From Sedimentisphaerales bacterium (lineage in GTDB: Bacteria > Planctomycetota > Phycisphaerae > Sedimentisphaerales > Anaerobacaceae): a DNA stretch of 64,000 nucleotides. The position numbers and the translations under genes are program-made. Within the stretch, counting starts at the first letter, position 1; each line of letters opens with the position of its first letter. Below the pieces are notes generated by a model. It worked only from the letters and a program-made list of their open reading frames with translations. It was not told the origin of the DNA and did not search any database. Of this stretch, positions 1 to 9,444 are shown piece by piece. The stretch covers positions 160,001-224,000 of the forward strand of contig JAXGYC010000010.1 of NCBI GenBank assembly GCA_040772485.1, written 5' to 3'.

Positions 1-2
1 TT

Positions 3-830
3 CGCCAGCGTGGATTCATCAGCCTGGTGGCCCGACGGGTCAGCGCCCACGTGCCGTCGTTTGAGAGTCTGCATCTGCCCCCGGTGCTCGAGAAGATCGC
101 GGAGGCCCACCAGGGCCTGGTCCTCGTGGTCGGCGCCACCGGCTCCGGCAAGACCACCACGATCGCCTCCATGCTCGATTACATCACCCGGACGCGGGCC
201 TGCCATATCGTCACAGTGGAAGACCCCATCGAGTATCTCTACAACGACAACAAGGCGATCGTCTCCCAGCGGGAGATCGGAATTGACGTGCCGAACTTCG
301 AAGAGGCGCTGACGTACCTGATGCGACAGGACCCGGATGTCGTCTTCGTCGGCGAGATGCGTGACGCCCGGACGGTCACCGCCGGGATGCGGGCGGCCGA
401 GACGGGGCATCTGGTCATGGGGACGATGCACTCGACAAACGCTTCACAGGCCGTCCACCGCCTGCTCGATCTGTTCCCGCAGGAAGAGCGAGAGCTTGTC
501 CGGCAGGCGCTGGCCCTGGCGATCAAGGCGATCATCAGCCAAGCCCTGATGCCGTCCATCCGCGAAGGGATCAGCCGTGTGCCGGCCGTCGAAGTCCTGC
601 TGGCCAACGCCTCGGTACGAAAACTCATCGCCGAAGGTCGCGAGGCCGACCTGCCCAGCGTCATCCGAGGCGCCCAGAGGGAGGGGATGATCGACCTGAC
701 CGACAGCCTTTGCCGGCTCATTCAGGACGGATGGGTCGATCCGAAGGATGCCTATCCCGTCGCGCCCAACACCGAAGAACTGAAGATGGCCCTGAAGGGA
801 ATTCGAACGACCGCCGGAGGCATCCTCTAA
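3..830 (+). CDS. pilT: PilT/PilU-family type IV pilus ATPase (5'-truncated by window edge)
   Basis: Frame open from the window edge (RQRGFISLVARRV); Walker A GATGSGKTTT, Asp box VEDPIE, MRQDPDVVFVGEMRD, AAETGHLVMGTMH His box. Confidence 0.9.
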   Translation, partial: RQRGFISLVARRVSAHVPSFESLHLPPVLEKIAEAHQGLVLVVGATGSGKTTTIASMLDYITRTRACHIVTVEDPIEYLYNDNKAIVSQREIGIDVPNFEEALTYLMRQDPDVVFVGEMRDARTVTAGMRAAETGHLVMGTMHSTNASQAVHRLLDLFPQEERELVRQALALAIKAIISQALMPSIREGISRVPAVEVLLANASVRKLIAEGREADLPSVIRGAQREGMIDLTDSLCRLIQDGWVDPKDAYPVAPNTEELKMALKGIRTTAGGIL

Positions 831-897
831 CGCCAAGCGGACCACGCGCATCCGCCAGGGGTCGCATGATCGTAACCTCATGGGAATGGAGCATTCA

Positions 898-2550
898 ATG
901 CCAGATATCCTGCTGCTGTCCGTCGAGTACGGCGGATATGTCTCGATCGTCAAGCTCATCCTCTTCCTCGTGATGTACTTGCTGTGGCTCCTGCTGATCC
1001 GCTGGGCGGGCAAGGACGCCAAGGCCGTCGACACCAACATCGGATTCTGGATCGGTCTGATCCTCGGCGCCGGAGCGCTGGCCATCCTGCTGTGGTGGCT
1101 GATCCCGGTGTTCGTTGCCGGCCTGCTGATCTACGTGGTCGCCATCGCCGCGACCGGCCTGGCCTACGTGAGACACCGCAACACGCGCGTCCTGGACTTC
1201 GACCGCGTGCTGACGATCGAGCACATCAAAAGCCTCTTCGCCAAGTCGGAGAAGCTCGAGGCGATGGCGAGCTTCCTGTTCATCACCGCCAACAACAACG
1301 AAGTGCCGCCTCCGGAGCCCCGGACCCCGATGTTCTTCGGCTACCGCACCGCCTATGACGTGCTCACCGACGCCATGTGGCGCCGCGCCAGCACGATCAC
1401 GTTCGCCCCCAAGGGCGACAACTACGAGGTGACGTATTACATCGACGGCGCGGCGACCAAGCAGCCGTCGGTGCCCCGAGAGCAGATGGAGTATTTCATC
1501 CACTTCGTGAAAGAGTTGGCCGCCCTCGATGCCAACGAGAAACGCAAGCCGCAGAAGGGCAAGTTCCGCACGCGTCAGAAGAAGGAGAACGCCGACTGGG
1601 AGGTGACAACCGCCGGATCGACCGCCGGTGAACAGGTCCGTCTCAAGCACGTCTCCAAGGAGCACGACCAACGCATCACCGACCTGGGCCTGGCGCCCGA
1701 CCAGCAGGAGCAGTTCGAGAGCCTCACCCAGATCCGACAGGGTCTCTTCCTCATCGCCGGTCCGCGAAAGAGCGGCATCACCTCGACGCTCTACGCGCTG
1801 TTGAGAAACCACGACGCGTTCCTGAACAGCATCAACACCATCGAAAAACAGCCGGCCGCCCAACTGCTGAACATCACGCAGAACGTGTTCGCCCTGACGG
1901 ACACCGGGACGACCACGTACGCCAGGAAGCTCCAGTCCATCATTCGCATGGGCGCCGATATCGTCGGTGTCGGGGAATGCGAAGACGCCGACACTGCCAA
2001 AATCGCCAGCGCGGCCGCCGGCGACGGCAAGCTCGTGTACGTCGTGATGAACGCCGACAATGTGCTCCAGGCGCTGGGCAAGTGGATCAAAATGATCGGC
2101 GACAAGAAGCTCATCGCCGAGACCCTCATCGGCGTCAGCAACCAGCGTCTCATGCGTACGCTGTGCGAAGAATGCAAACAGGCGTACGCTCCCAACAAGG
2201 AACTGCTCAAGAAGTTCAACCTGCCGGCGGAGAAGGCCAAGGTCCTGTATCGCCCGGGCAAGGAGGTCTACGACAAGAAGGGCAAGCCGTCGGTGTGCGA
2301 GCACTGCCAGGGGACCGGCTATGTCGGCCGCACCGGCGTCTTTGAGATGATCCTTCTGAACGACGAGCTGCGTGCGGCCGTCCGCCAGGTCAAGCAACTG
2401 CCCGAACTGGGCATGCAGTTCCGACGGGCCAAGATGCTGTACCTTCAGGAACAGGCCCTCAGAAAGGTGATCGTCGGGAAGACTTCGATCAACGAGATGC
2501 TGCGCGTGCTGGCGTCGGGGAAGACCCAGGACGGTGCGGCGTCACAGTAG
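898..2550 (+). CDS. GspE/PilB-like ATPase with N-terminal transmembrane helices and degenerate catalytic motifs
   Basis: About 3 hydrophobic N-terminal helices; GPRKSGITSTLY, NQRLMRTLCEEC...CEHCQGTGYVGRTGVFE and GKTSINEMLRV resemble GspE/PilB; start at 880 or 898. Confidence 0.8.
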   Translation: MPDILLLSVEYGGYVSIVKLILFLVMYLLWLLLIRWAGKDAKAVDTNIGFWIGLILGAGALAILLWWLIPVFVAGLLIYVVAIAATGLAYVRHRNTRVLDFDRVLTIEHIKSLFAKSEKLEAMASFLFITANNNEVPPPEPRTPMFFGYRTAYDVLTDAMWRRASTITFAPKGDNYEVTYYIDGAATKQPSVPREQMEYFIHFVKELAALDANEKRKPQKGKFRTRQKKENADWEVTTAGSTAGEQVRLKHVSKEHDQRITDLGLAPDQQEQFESLTQIRQGLFLIAGPRKSGITSTLYALLRNHDAFLNSINTIEKQPAAQLLNITQNVFALTDTGTTTYARKLQSIIRMGADIVGVGECEDADTAKIASAAAGDGKLVYVVMNADNVLQALGKWIKMIGDKKLIAETLIGVSNQRLMRTLCEECKQAYAPNKELLKKFNLPAEKAKVLYRPGKEVYDKKGKPSVCEHCQGTGYVGRTGVFEMILLNDELRAAVRQVKQLPELGMQFRRAKMLYLQEQALRKVIVGKTSINEMLRVLASGKTQDGAASQ

Positions 2551-2607
2551 GAACGAATCGGCGTCGGCGCCCAGGGGCCGACCCGCAAGAGAATCGGAGA
2601 ACGTGGA

Positions 2608-3837
2608 ATGGCCAGTCTGGTAATGCTTGTAATCATCGTGGGTTGTGCCGCCTTCCTGTACCTCAAAGGGACGCTCGTGCAGGGAGTCGCCATGGTCTTC
2701 AACGCGCTGTTCGCCAGCTTCGTCGCATTCGCCTTCTTCGAGACGCTGGCCGCGATGCTGATGAAGTACTCGCCCGCGATCGCCGCATGGGCTCAGATGA
2801 TCTGCTTCCTGCTGCTGTTTGTCCTGACGTTCGCCATCCTGCAAACCGCCGCCCTCCAGATCGGCAAGGAGAAGGTGGATCTGGGCCTGTGGCCCGAACG
2901 GATCGGGCGCGTCGTGTGCGGCGTCATTCTCGGCTACGTCATCACGGGCCAGTTGCTCGTGGCGCTGGCGACCGCTCCCCTGCCGAGCGCGTATCCCTAC
3001 GCCAGATTCGCCGAGCGCAATCCGGATCCCTCGAAGCCGAGCTCTCCGTTGCTCAGTCCCGACGGGTTCGTGGCGGGCCTGTTCGGCACGATCAGCAAGG
3101 GCAGCTTCGCCGCCATAGGGACGCCGAAGAGTTTCGCGGTTCTTCACGCGAACTTCCTGGACCAGATCCATCTGAATCGCATGAAGGGTTCACAGGATGT
3201 GTCAATCATGACCAATTCTGGGGCCATCACCGTGCCGTCGAAGGCGGGCGTCTGGGAGGCCCCGAACACGCTGCGCGACGAAGGGGGCAAGCCGCTGCCC
3301 GCGCGTTCCGGCGAGAACCTGTTGCTCGTCCGCGTCGGGATCAAGAAGAGCGCCCTGAAAGACGCGGCGAAGTTCACCTTGTCACAATTGCGTCTGGTCT
3401 GCACGCCGAAAGGCACGGCGGAACATCCGCTGGCAGGACAGGGGCACGCCGTCCACCCGATCGGCTATGTCGGACCCGGCGGCCGCCTGGTGCAGAAAGG
3501 GCTGACCGAAGTGATCGCCATCCAGGCTTCCGACGTGCCGGACAACACCAGGGACATCGACTTCGCCTTCTATGTGCCCACGCAACTGGTGCCGACGCTC
3601 ATCCAGTTCAAGCGCAACAACGTGGAGAAGGTCTCTGCTCTGGTCTCGGGAGAGGATGCTCCACAGGTTGTTCCCTTCGGAGGCTCGACGCCCGCTCCGG
3701 CGGAAAGTCCCGAGCCGGAGCGACGCGAGCGGAGGCCGGACAGCGAGGCGCCGGACGCGCCCGGCAACTCCCGTCGCGGAAGCGGTCTCAGTCCGCCCAG
3801 TCGTATGCTCACGGAAGGGGCACTTGAAGAGAATTGA
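2608..3837 (+). CDS. Membrane protein with CvpA-like N-terminal domain and soluble C-terminal domain
   Basis: GGAGA RBS; 4 hydrophobic helices in the first ~120 aa in a CvpA-like arrangement; follows the pilus ATPases. Confidence 0.6.
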   Translation: MASLVMLVIIVGCAAFLYLKGTLVQGVAMVFNALFASFVAFAFFETLAAMLMKYSPAIAAWAQMICFLLLFVLTFAILQTAALQIGKEKVDLGLWPERIGRVVCGVILGYVITGQLLVALATAPLPSAYPYARFAERNPDPSKPSSPLLSPDGFVAGLFGTISKGSFAAIGTPKSFAVLHANFLDQIHLNRMKGSQDVSIMTNSGAITVPSKAGVWEAPNTLRDEGGKPLPARSGENLLLVRVGIKKSALKDAAKFTLSQLRLVCTPKGTAEHPLAGQGHAVHPIGYVGPGGRLVQKGLTEVIAIQASDVPDNTRDIDFAFYVPTQLVPTLIQFKRNNVEKVSALVSGEDAPQVVPFGGSTPAPAESPEPERRERRPDSEAPDAPGNSRRGSGLSPPSRMLTEGALEEN

Positions 3838-4015
3838 CGCTTGAGGGAATGGGGCTTCGGAATACCTGGTGTCGTGGGATCCTGTGACGCATCGAGAAGC
3901 ACGGCCTGACGAATCTGCAAGGTCCGTCCGCCGTGTGGCTCCGGCCGGATGTCACGACACCGCATGACACAACCCTCGACCCCGCGCCGGCCGGGCGATG
4001 ACGGTCAACCGGACC

Positions 4016-4165
4016 TCAGCTACAGACCGCCAGCTCCTCCAGGTTCAGCTCCATCAGGTGATCGAGGTAGGCGGCCAGGTCCTCTTCCGAAAACTGCGAG
4101 AGGAACTCTGTCTTGGCGGTCGTGTTGATCTCGCAGATGCGGTCCATCAGTTCCTTCTTGTCCAT
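4016..4165 (-). CDS. Small acidic helical protein (49 aa, MDKKELMDRICEINTTAKTEFLSQFSEEDLAAYLDHL...)
   Basis: AGGA RBS upstream, host-like GC3 codon usage, amphipathic helical pattern. Confidence 0.7.
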   Translation of the reverse strand: MDKKELMDRICEINTTAKTEFLSQFSEEDLAAYLDHLMELNLEELAVCS

Positions 4166-4653
4166 CCTCAGTATCCTAAACACAAACAGGGCTCTCGTAA
4201 AAGACTTGTGGCATATCGGCAGGAAATCCCCCTTTTCTTTAGCTGCCACCCGACGGCAATGGCGAATGCCCCATAACCCCATGCACGATATGTGCGACCG
4301 AGGCCAATGACGCCACCACATGTTGGGAGCCACGGGCGAGACCCGCGATCGGCCCGCCAACTGTCCAATAAAATCCGAGATCGTACCGGTCCTCCTCAGG
4401 CGAAAAATTCCGTTCCGCTGCGCGTTTTCTTCCGCCGACCCTGCCGGTGCAACGCATGGGGAGGGCAGCAACGCGACAAGCCGATGCCGCGTGGATCACA
4501 GAACTGCTGCAACGCGCAGGCCGCCACAAGACCTTGGGACGACTGGACCCGAGACGACTGAAGGAATACAATGAACATGACGCCTCAGACGCCGCGTCGT
4601 GGCAACAGGCGCCGCTGCGGCGGTCTGCTGACCACGGCCGAATCGGACGACCA

Positions 4654-5196
4654 ATGACAGAGCGAAGCAGTCACCAGCGTGTGCCGGGCAAATGGGATCG
4701 GGCCATTCAAGCCGACATCCGAGCCCTGAAGAACATCGACTTCGAGCTGGCCTATCTTGCCCTGCTGACACACGAAGGGCTCAAGCCCCTCAGTCGCTGG
4801 GAAAAGCCTCTGGGCGAGCCGGGCCAGGCCGTCCTGACCCGAATGGGCCTTCACGTCGAGCGCGTCCACAGAAAGCTCCGATCGGGCAAGGCCTTCGATG
4901 AGACGATCTTCGGCAGGTCCGCCGCACACCTGGAGATCTACGCCCAGCACTTCCGCAATCGGGCGGTGGATAAATCCGCCGAGACGGTCCGGATCGAAGG
5001 ATATCTGTTCGGGTATCCCCCCTGCTGCATTGCCCAGTACATCAGACAGGCCTACGCGCCGCATGAGTTCCCCGTGGACCAACAGAGGATCCTGTTCCAC
5101 TGGAGTTGCAGGGGATGCGTCATCACGCCGACGCTGATCCCCCATTACGAGCGCATCCACCGCTTCGTCTGCGACCTTGGAACGGCAACTCCCTGA
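4654..5196 (+). CDS. Hypothetical protein with GYPxCC motif (DUF483-like)
   Basis: GYLFGYPPCCI plus HWSCxxC motif; start overlaps the stop of a 28-aa upstream ORF (ATGA). Confidence 0.6.
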   Translation: MTERSSHQRVPGKWDRAIQADIRALKNIDFELAYLALLTHEGLKPLSRWEKPLGEPGQAVLTRMGLHVERVHRKLRSGKAFDETIFGRSAAHLEIYAQHFRNRAVDKSAETVRIEGYLFGYPPCCIAQYIRQAYAPHEFPVDQQRILFHWSCRGCVITPTLIPHYERIHRFVCDLGTATP

Positions 5197-5355
5197 CGGA
5201 CCGAGGCCTCCACCGGCGTTTTTCCACCGCAAAGCGCCCCGAAGTGGGCAAATTGCGTAAAAACCTCTTGAGAACCCCCCTGGGATTCTTATAACATTTA
5301 AGGTTTTGGAGGCAGGCAGGCGCAAGCGGTCAAGAACCTTTTTGGAGGTTAGACA

Positions 5356-7386
5356 GTGACAGCAACGGGCGACATTCGGAACGTGGTCCTCCTTGGACAC
5401 GGCGGCAGCGGCAAGACCTCGCTGGCCGAGGCAATGCTCCACAAGACCGGCGCGGCGAGCCGGCTGGGCAGCGTTGACGACAAGACCAGCACCTGTGATT
5501 TCTACGACGAGGAGAAGGAGCATCATCATTCCATCCTCTCGGCCATCGTCCATGTCGAGCACGCCGGAAAGCTCATCAACATCATCGACACGCCCGGTTA
5601 CCCCGATTTCACCGGTCCGGCCATCACTTCCATTCCCGCCGCAGAGACCGCGATTCTCGTCATCGGCGCCACCGCCGGCATCGAAACGAACACGCGCAAG
5701 ATGTTCCAGTTAGCCCGCGAGGCGAACAAACCGGTCGTCATCGTGATCAACAAGATGGCCGCCGAGAACGTCGAAATGGGCGAACTGATCGGCACCATCC
5801 AGGAGACCTTTGGCTCTCAGTGCCGTTGCGCCAACCTGCCCGGCGCCGACAAGAACAGCGTCATCGATTGTCTGGTCAATGCCGGCGGCGATTCCCCCGT
5901 GGCGGACGTCGCACAGGCCCACACCGACCTGATCGAGAGCGTCATCGAGGCCGACGACGCCCTGATGGAGCGATACCTCGGTGGCGAAGAGATCGGCGCC
6001 GACCAGGTCGCCTCGGTGTTCGTCAAGGCCCTCAACGCCGGCACGGTAATGCCGATCGTCTTCACAGAGGCGCGCAACGAGGTGGGGATCACGGAGCTTC
6101 TGGACGTGATCGCCAAGTACACGCCGTCCCCGATCGAAGCGGCGCCCGCCAAGCTCGTCGCCGGGGAGACCACCACCGAAGTGAAGGCCGACAGCAATGG
6201 ACCGCTGGCCGGCCTGGTGTTCCGTGTGGGCTTCGATCCCAGATCCAACATGAAGTACTCGACGATCCGCATCTTCAGCGGCACGCTGAAGTCGGACACG
6301 AACATGATGTACAACGACGAGAAGAAAGGGCTGCGTCCCGGGCACGTCCTCAAGAGCCAGGGCGGCGAGCACGCCGAGGTGCCGGCGGGAGTGGCCGGCG
6401 ACCTGGTCACTCTGGCCAAGATCGAGGAACTGAGGGTCGGCGACCTCGTGCATGACGGTCGCGTCCACGGCCGGTTTGTCATGCCGCCGGTTCCCCAACC
6501 CATGTTCTCGCTGGCCCTGGAGCCCGCCTCACGCGGCGACGAGCAGAAGATCGGCGGCGCCCTGGAGAGGCTGTCGGAAGAGGATCTCTGCTTCAAGACC
6601 ACGCGCGACCCGCAGACGAAAGAGCTGGTGGCCCAAGGCCTGGGCGAGCTGCACCTCCGCATCGTACTGGAGAAGATGGAGAAGCGATTCAAGCTGGCGG
6701 TCCATACGAAAGAGCCGAAGATCCCCTACCGCGAGACCATCACCGGCAAGGCCGAAGGCCATTACCGGCACAAGAAGCAGACCGGCGGCGCCGGGCAGTT
6801 CGGCGAAGTCTACCTTCGCGTCGAGCCGGCCGAGCGCAACAGCGATCCGCCCATGCAGTTCAGTTGGGACATCTTCGGCGGATCGATCCCGGGTCAGTAC
6901 GAGCCGGCGATCATCAAGGGCATCAACGACGTCATGCAGACCGGCGTAGTAGCCGGCTATCCGTTGCAGGACGTCAAGGTCTCGGTCTATGACGGTAAGT
7001 ATCACCCCGTCGATTCGAAAGAAGTCGCCTTCCGTGCCGCGGGCAAGGGCGCCTTCGTCGACGCCATCAGCAAGGCCAAGCCCGCCCTGCTCGAGCCGAT
7101 CGTCAACATGGAGGTCACCATCCCGGCCGAGAACGTCGGCGATATCACGGGCGATCTGTCGAGCAAGCGAGGACGCGTGATCGGCCAGGAGATGCTGCCG
7201 GGCAATTTCATCGTGATCAAGGCCCAGGTGCCGCTGTCGGAAGTGACGCAGTACACCAGCCAGCTGAAGAGCGTCACCGGCGGTCGCGGCAGCTACGCGA
7301 TGTCGTTGAGCCACTACGAGCCGGTCCCGCCGAACGTGCAGCAGCAGATCGTCGCCGCCCACAAGAAGGCGCAGGAAACTGAATAG
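5356..7386 (+). CDS. fusA: Elongation factor G paralog (EF-G2/FusA2 type)
   Basis: GGAGG RBS with GTG start; GHGGSGKTS, IIDTPG, NKM, GLGELHL, HKKQTGGAGQFGEV, HPVDS, LLEPI motifs; not in an str operon. Confidence 0.92.
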   Translation: MTATGDIRNVVLLGHGGSGKTSLAEAMLHKTGAASRLGSVDDKTSTCDFYDEEKEHHHSILSAIVHVEHAGKLINIIDTPGYPDFTGPAITSIPAAETAILVIGATAGIETNTRKMFQLAREANKPVVIVINKMAAENVEMGELIGTIQETFGSQCRCANLPGADKNSVIDCLVNAGGDSPVADVAQAHTDLIESVIEADDALMERYLGGEEIGADQVASVFVKALNAGTVMPIVFTEARNEVGITELLDVIAKYTPSPIEAAPAKLVAGETTTEVKADSNGPLAGLVFRVGFDPRSNMKYSTIRIFSGTLKSDTNMMYNDEKKGLRPGHVLKSQGGEHAEVPAGVAGDLVTLAKIEELRVGDLVHDGRVHGRFVMPPVPQPMFSLALEPASRGDEQKIGGALERLSEEDLCFKTTRDPQTKELVAQGLGELHLRIVLEKMEKRFKLAVHTKEPKIPYRETITGKAEGHYRHKKQTGGAGQFGEVYLRVEPAERNSDPPMQFSWDIFGGSIPGQYEPAIIKGINDVMQTGVVAGYPLQDVKVSVYDGKYHPVDSKEVAFRAAGKGAFVDAISKAKPALLEPIVNMEVTIPAENVGDITGDLSSKRGRVIGQEMLPGNFIVIKAQVPLSEVTQYTSQLKSVTGGRGSYAMSLSHYEPVPPNVQQQIVAAHKKAQETE

Positions 7387-7421
7387 TCGCGGCGAATCGC
7401 CGCGAAAGACCGATTTCTCAA

Positions 7422-7460
7422 CGGGCCCTGGAGCGCAATCCTCCGGGGCCCGCTTCTTTC
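7422..7460 (+). terminator. Probable intrinsic terminator after fusA
   Basis: CGGGCCCTGGAG...CTCCGGGGCCCG stem followed by CTTCTTTC. Confidence 0.6.
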
Positions 7461-7513
7461 TGTTCCGATGGACACGGAAAACGCGTCCGCCGACGGAGAT
7501 GTCATCAGGATTG

Positions 7514-7693
7514 ATGACCGCAAAAATCCGAGCGACGCTGGACGAATCGCAGGTTGGGTATATCCTATTGTGGAGCGACTGTCCGCCGGCAGATCGTCTG
7601 CACGGGCAGTTGACCGACTATGACGTAACCCTGTTCGATCCGCAGGAGGAGGATTCGCCGATCTGCCGAACGCGGGCCCTGCCGGGCCGGTAG
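7514..7693 (+). CDS. Possible small hypothetical protein (59 aa)
   Basis: ATG after AGGA; globular-looking composition; no recognisable motif. Confidence 0.3.
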   Translation: MTAKIRATLDESQVGYILLWSDCPPADRLHGQLTDYDVTLFDPQEEDSPICRTRALPGR

Positions 7694-7763
7694 TTCCAGA
7701 GGAGAGTGGTGAAAAGCGTTCTCGTTTCCCAGTCATGTCCAAACGGAGTGAAAGGAGAAAGCT

Positions 7764-8828
7764 ATGGAAAGCCACGCTTCACGAAGCCCTCGGCAGCACG
7801 GTCCCAGATTCGGCGTGCTCGTCACCCTGATCGTGCTGGTCGTTGCGGCGGGGGCAGCGGCCGAATCACAGATCGCCGAACTCGAACCCGGACCGTATTC
7901 CTACCAGCACGCGCAGCTCATGGCCGATGCCCAGGCGAGGTCGTTCGGCCAGCGCCGACCCCCGTGCCCGGCACCTCCAGCCATGCGGGCGGAGGAATTG
8001 GAGAACCTGTGCCGGCATCTGGACTCTCTGCAGGAGCAACTGCGACAGACCGAACAGAAACTCGCCGAACTCAGCATGGCGACGGCGCCCGCGCCGCAGT
8101 GGACGCCGGCGCCTCCTGTGCCCACGTGCTCGTACCAAGTCGATGGCGGAATCGCAGAACTGAGCCAGCGACGAGAAATGCTGGCCGAGCGAGCGGATCA
8201 GCGGACGATGGAACTGCGGGAACTCCGCGAGCACGTCATGAATCGCGAACGGGAGATCGCATCGGAGCTTCGCGACATCCATGAGCAGTTGTTGAGCATC
8301 GAGCGAGAGCTTGTCGGCCTCGACCGCCAACGTCAGGAGGACCTGGAGCGCCTCATGGCGGCGCAGAACCGCGCGGCAGAACTCCAGGAGCGACTGCAGC
8401 GTTTGATGGCGGAGGTGGACGAACTGCGGCGGTGTGTCGCCGACCAGATCGGAGCCAACCATCGACGAGAAGAGGCGATCCGCATCGAAATCGAGCAGAC
8501 TCGACAGAAGGCACAACGGGTCGGCGAACAGCTTGACGAGATCGGGCGGGTCCCCGAACGCATTCCCGAACCGATGCCGCGCCGCTGGCCGACGTATGTC
8601 CCGCCCGTCCCCTGCCCGGCGCCGGTCCCGCCCGCGCCCTGTCCGACGCAGGTCGTCTCTGTGCCCTGCCCCGATCCGGCCCTTCAGACCGAACTGAAGC
8701 TCCTGCGCGAAGAGGTTGGCCTGCTGCGAGAGCAATTACGCCAAGCCCCGGCACGCGTAGAAGTGGTGCACGTGGTGAACCCCTACGCCGTCGGCAGCGC
8801 ACGGTACGATTGCTGGCCCGACCCGTAG
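7764..8828 (+). CDS. Secreted coiled-coil protein with Pro/Cys-rich linkers
   Basis: AAGGAG RBS; signal-peptide-like N-terminus (…VVAAGAAAE); long E/R/Q/L heptad region; PCP repeats. Confidence 0.75.
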   Translation: MESHASRSPRQHGPRFGVLVTLIVLVVAAGAAAESQIAELEPGPYSYQHAQLMADAQARSFGQRRPPCPAPPAMRAEELENLCRHLDSLQEQLRQTEQKLAELSMATAPAPQWTPAPPVPTCSYQVDGGIAELSQRREMLAERADQRTMELRELREHVMNREREIASELRDIHEQLLSIERELVGLDRQRQEDLERLMAAQNRAAELQERLQRLMAEVDELRRCVADQIGANHRREEAIRIEIEQTRQKAQRVGEQLDEIGRVPERIPEPMPRRWPTYVPPVPCPAPVPPAPCPTQVVSVPCPDPALQTELKLLREEVGLLREQLRQAPARVEVVHVVNPYAVGSARYDCWPDP

Positions 8829-8877
8829 GCTCTGCCGCGAAAGAGGTTCTTTTCAACCGATCGCACGAGCCGTCGCA

Positions 8878-8922
8878 TAGGTCCTTTAGGTCCCCTTGGT
8901 CTTTTTGGTCCTTGAGGTCCGA
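8878..8922. repeat. Five tandem degenerate 9-mers (NNGGTCYNN)
   Basis: taggtcctt taggtcccc ttggtcttt ttggtcctt gaggtccga. Confidence 0.7.
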
Positions 8923-8975
8923 CGGGATCTATGCGCCCCCTGTGAAAGATTTTTCGCCAACCGCAGATTTTTTTG

Positions 8976-9004
8976 TTGCAATCTACTATTGGCAATAGTA
9001 CGAT
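8976..9004 (+). promoter_or_regulatory. Sigma70-type promoter with embedded palindromic operator for BlaI #1
   Basis: TTGCAA-17 nt-TACGAT; perfect inverted repeat TACTATTG-G-CAATAGTA at 8984-9000. Confidence 0.75.
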
Positions 9005-9051
9005 CATCCACAGTAGACAGGCAAGGAGCAGATTCAAAGGAGGTCCGCACC

Positions 9052-9444
9052 ATGAGCAGACACGCACTCGACGACCTGGGGCAGTTGCAGCGGGCGGTCA
9101 TGGAGATCATCTGGTCGCGAGGCGAGGCAACCGTCCACCAAGTCCGCGATCGGTTGGATCGAGAGAAGGAACTGGCCTACACAACGATCCTGACCACACT
9201 CCAGAAGCTGGAAAGGGCCGGCTGGCTTGAACACCGTGCCGAGGGCAAGAGCTACGTGTATGTGCCGAAACGCAGCCGCGAGCAGGCAGGCGCCGGATCG
9301 GTCCGGGGCTTCCTCAAACGCGTCTTCGACGGCAACGCCGTGGCGATGTTCCAGCACCTGATCCGCGAGGGGGATCTGAGCGAAGAGGAACTGAAGGAGC
9401 TGCGCAGGATCATCGACGAGAAGAGAAAGGAGATGAGAGGATGA
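9052..9444 (+). CDS. BlaI/MecI/CopY-family transcriptional repressor
   Basis: AGGAGG RBS; VMEIIWSRGEATV…LAYTTILTTLQKLERAGWL…FDGNAVAMFQHL…LSEEELKELRRII. Confidence 0.92.
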   Translation: MSRHALDDLGQLQRAVMEIIWSRGEATVHQVRDRLDREKELAYTTILTTLQKLERAGWLEHRAEGKSYVYVPKRSREQAGAGSVRGFLKRVFDGNAVAMFQHLIREGDLSEEELKELRRIIDEKRKEMRG

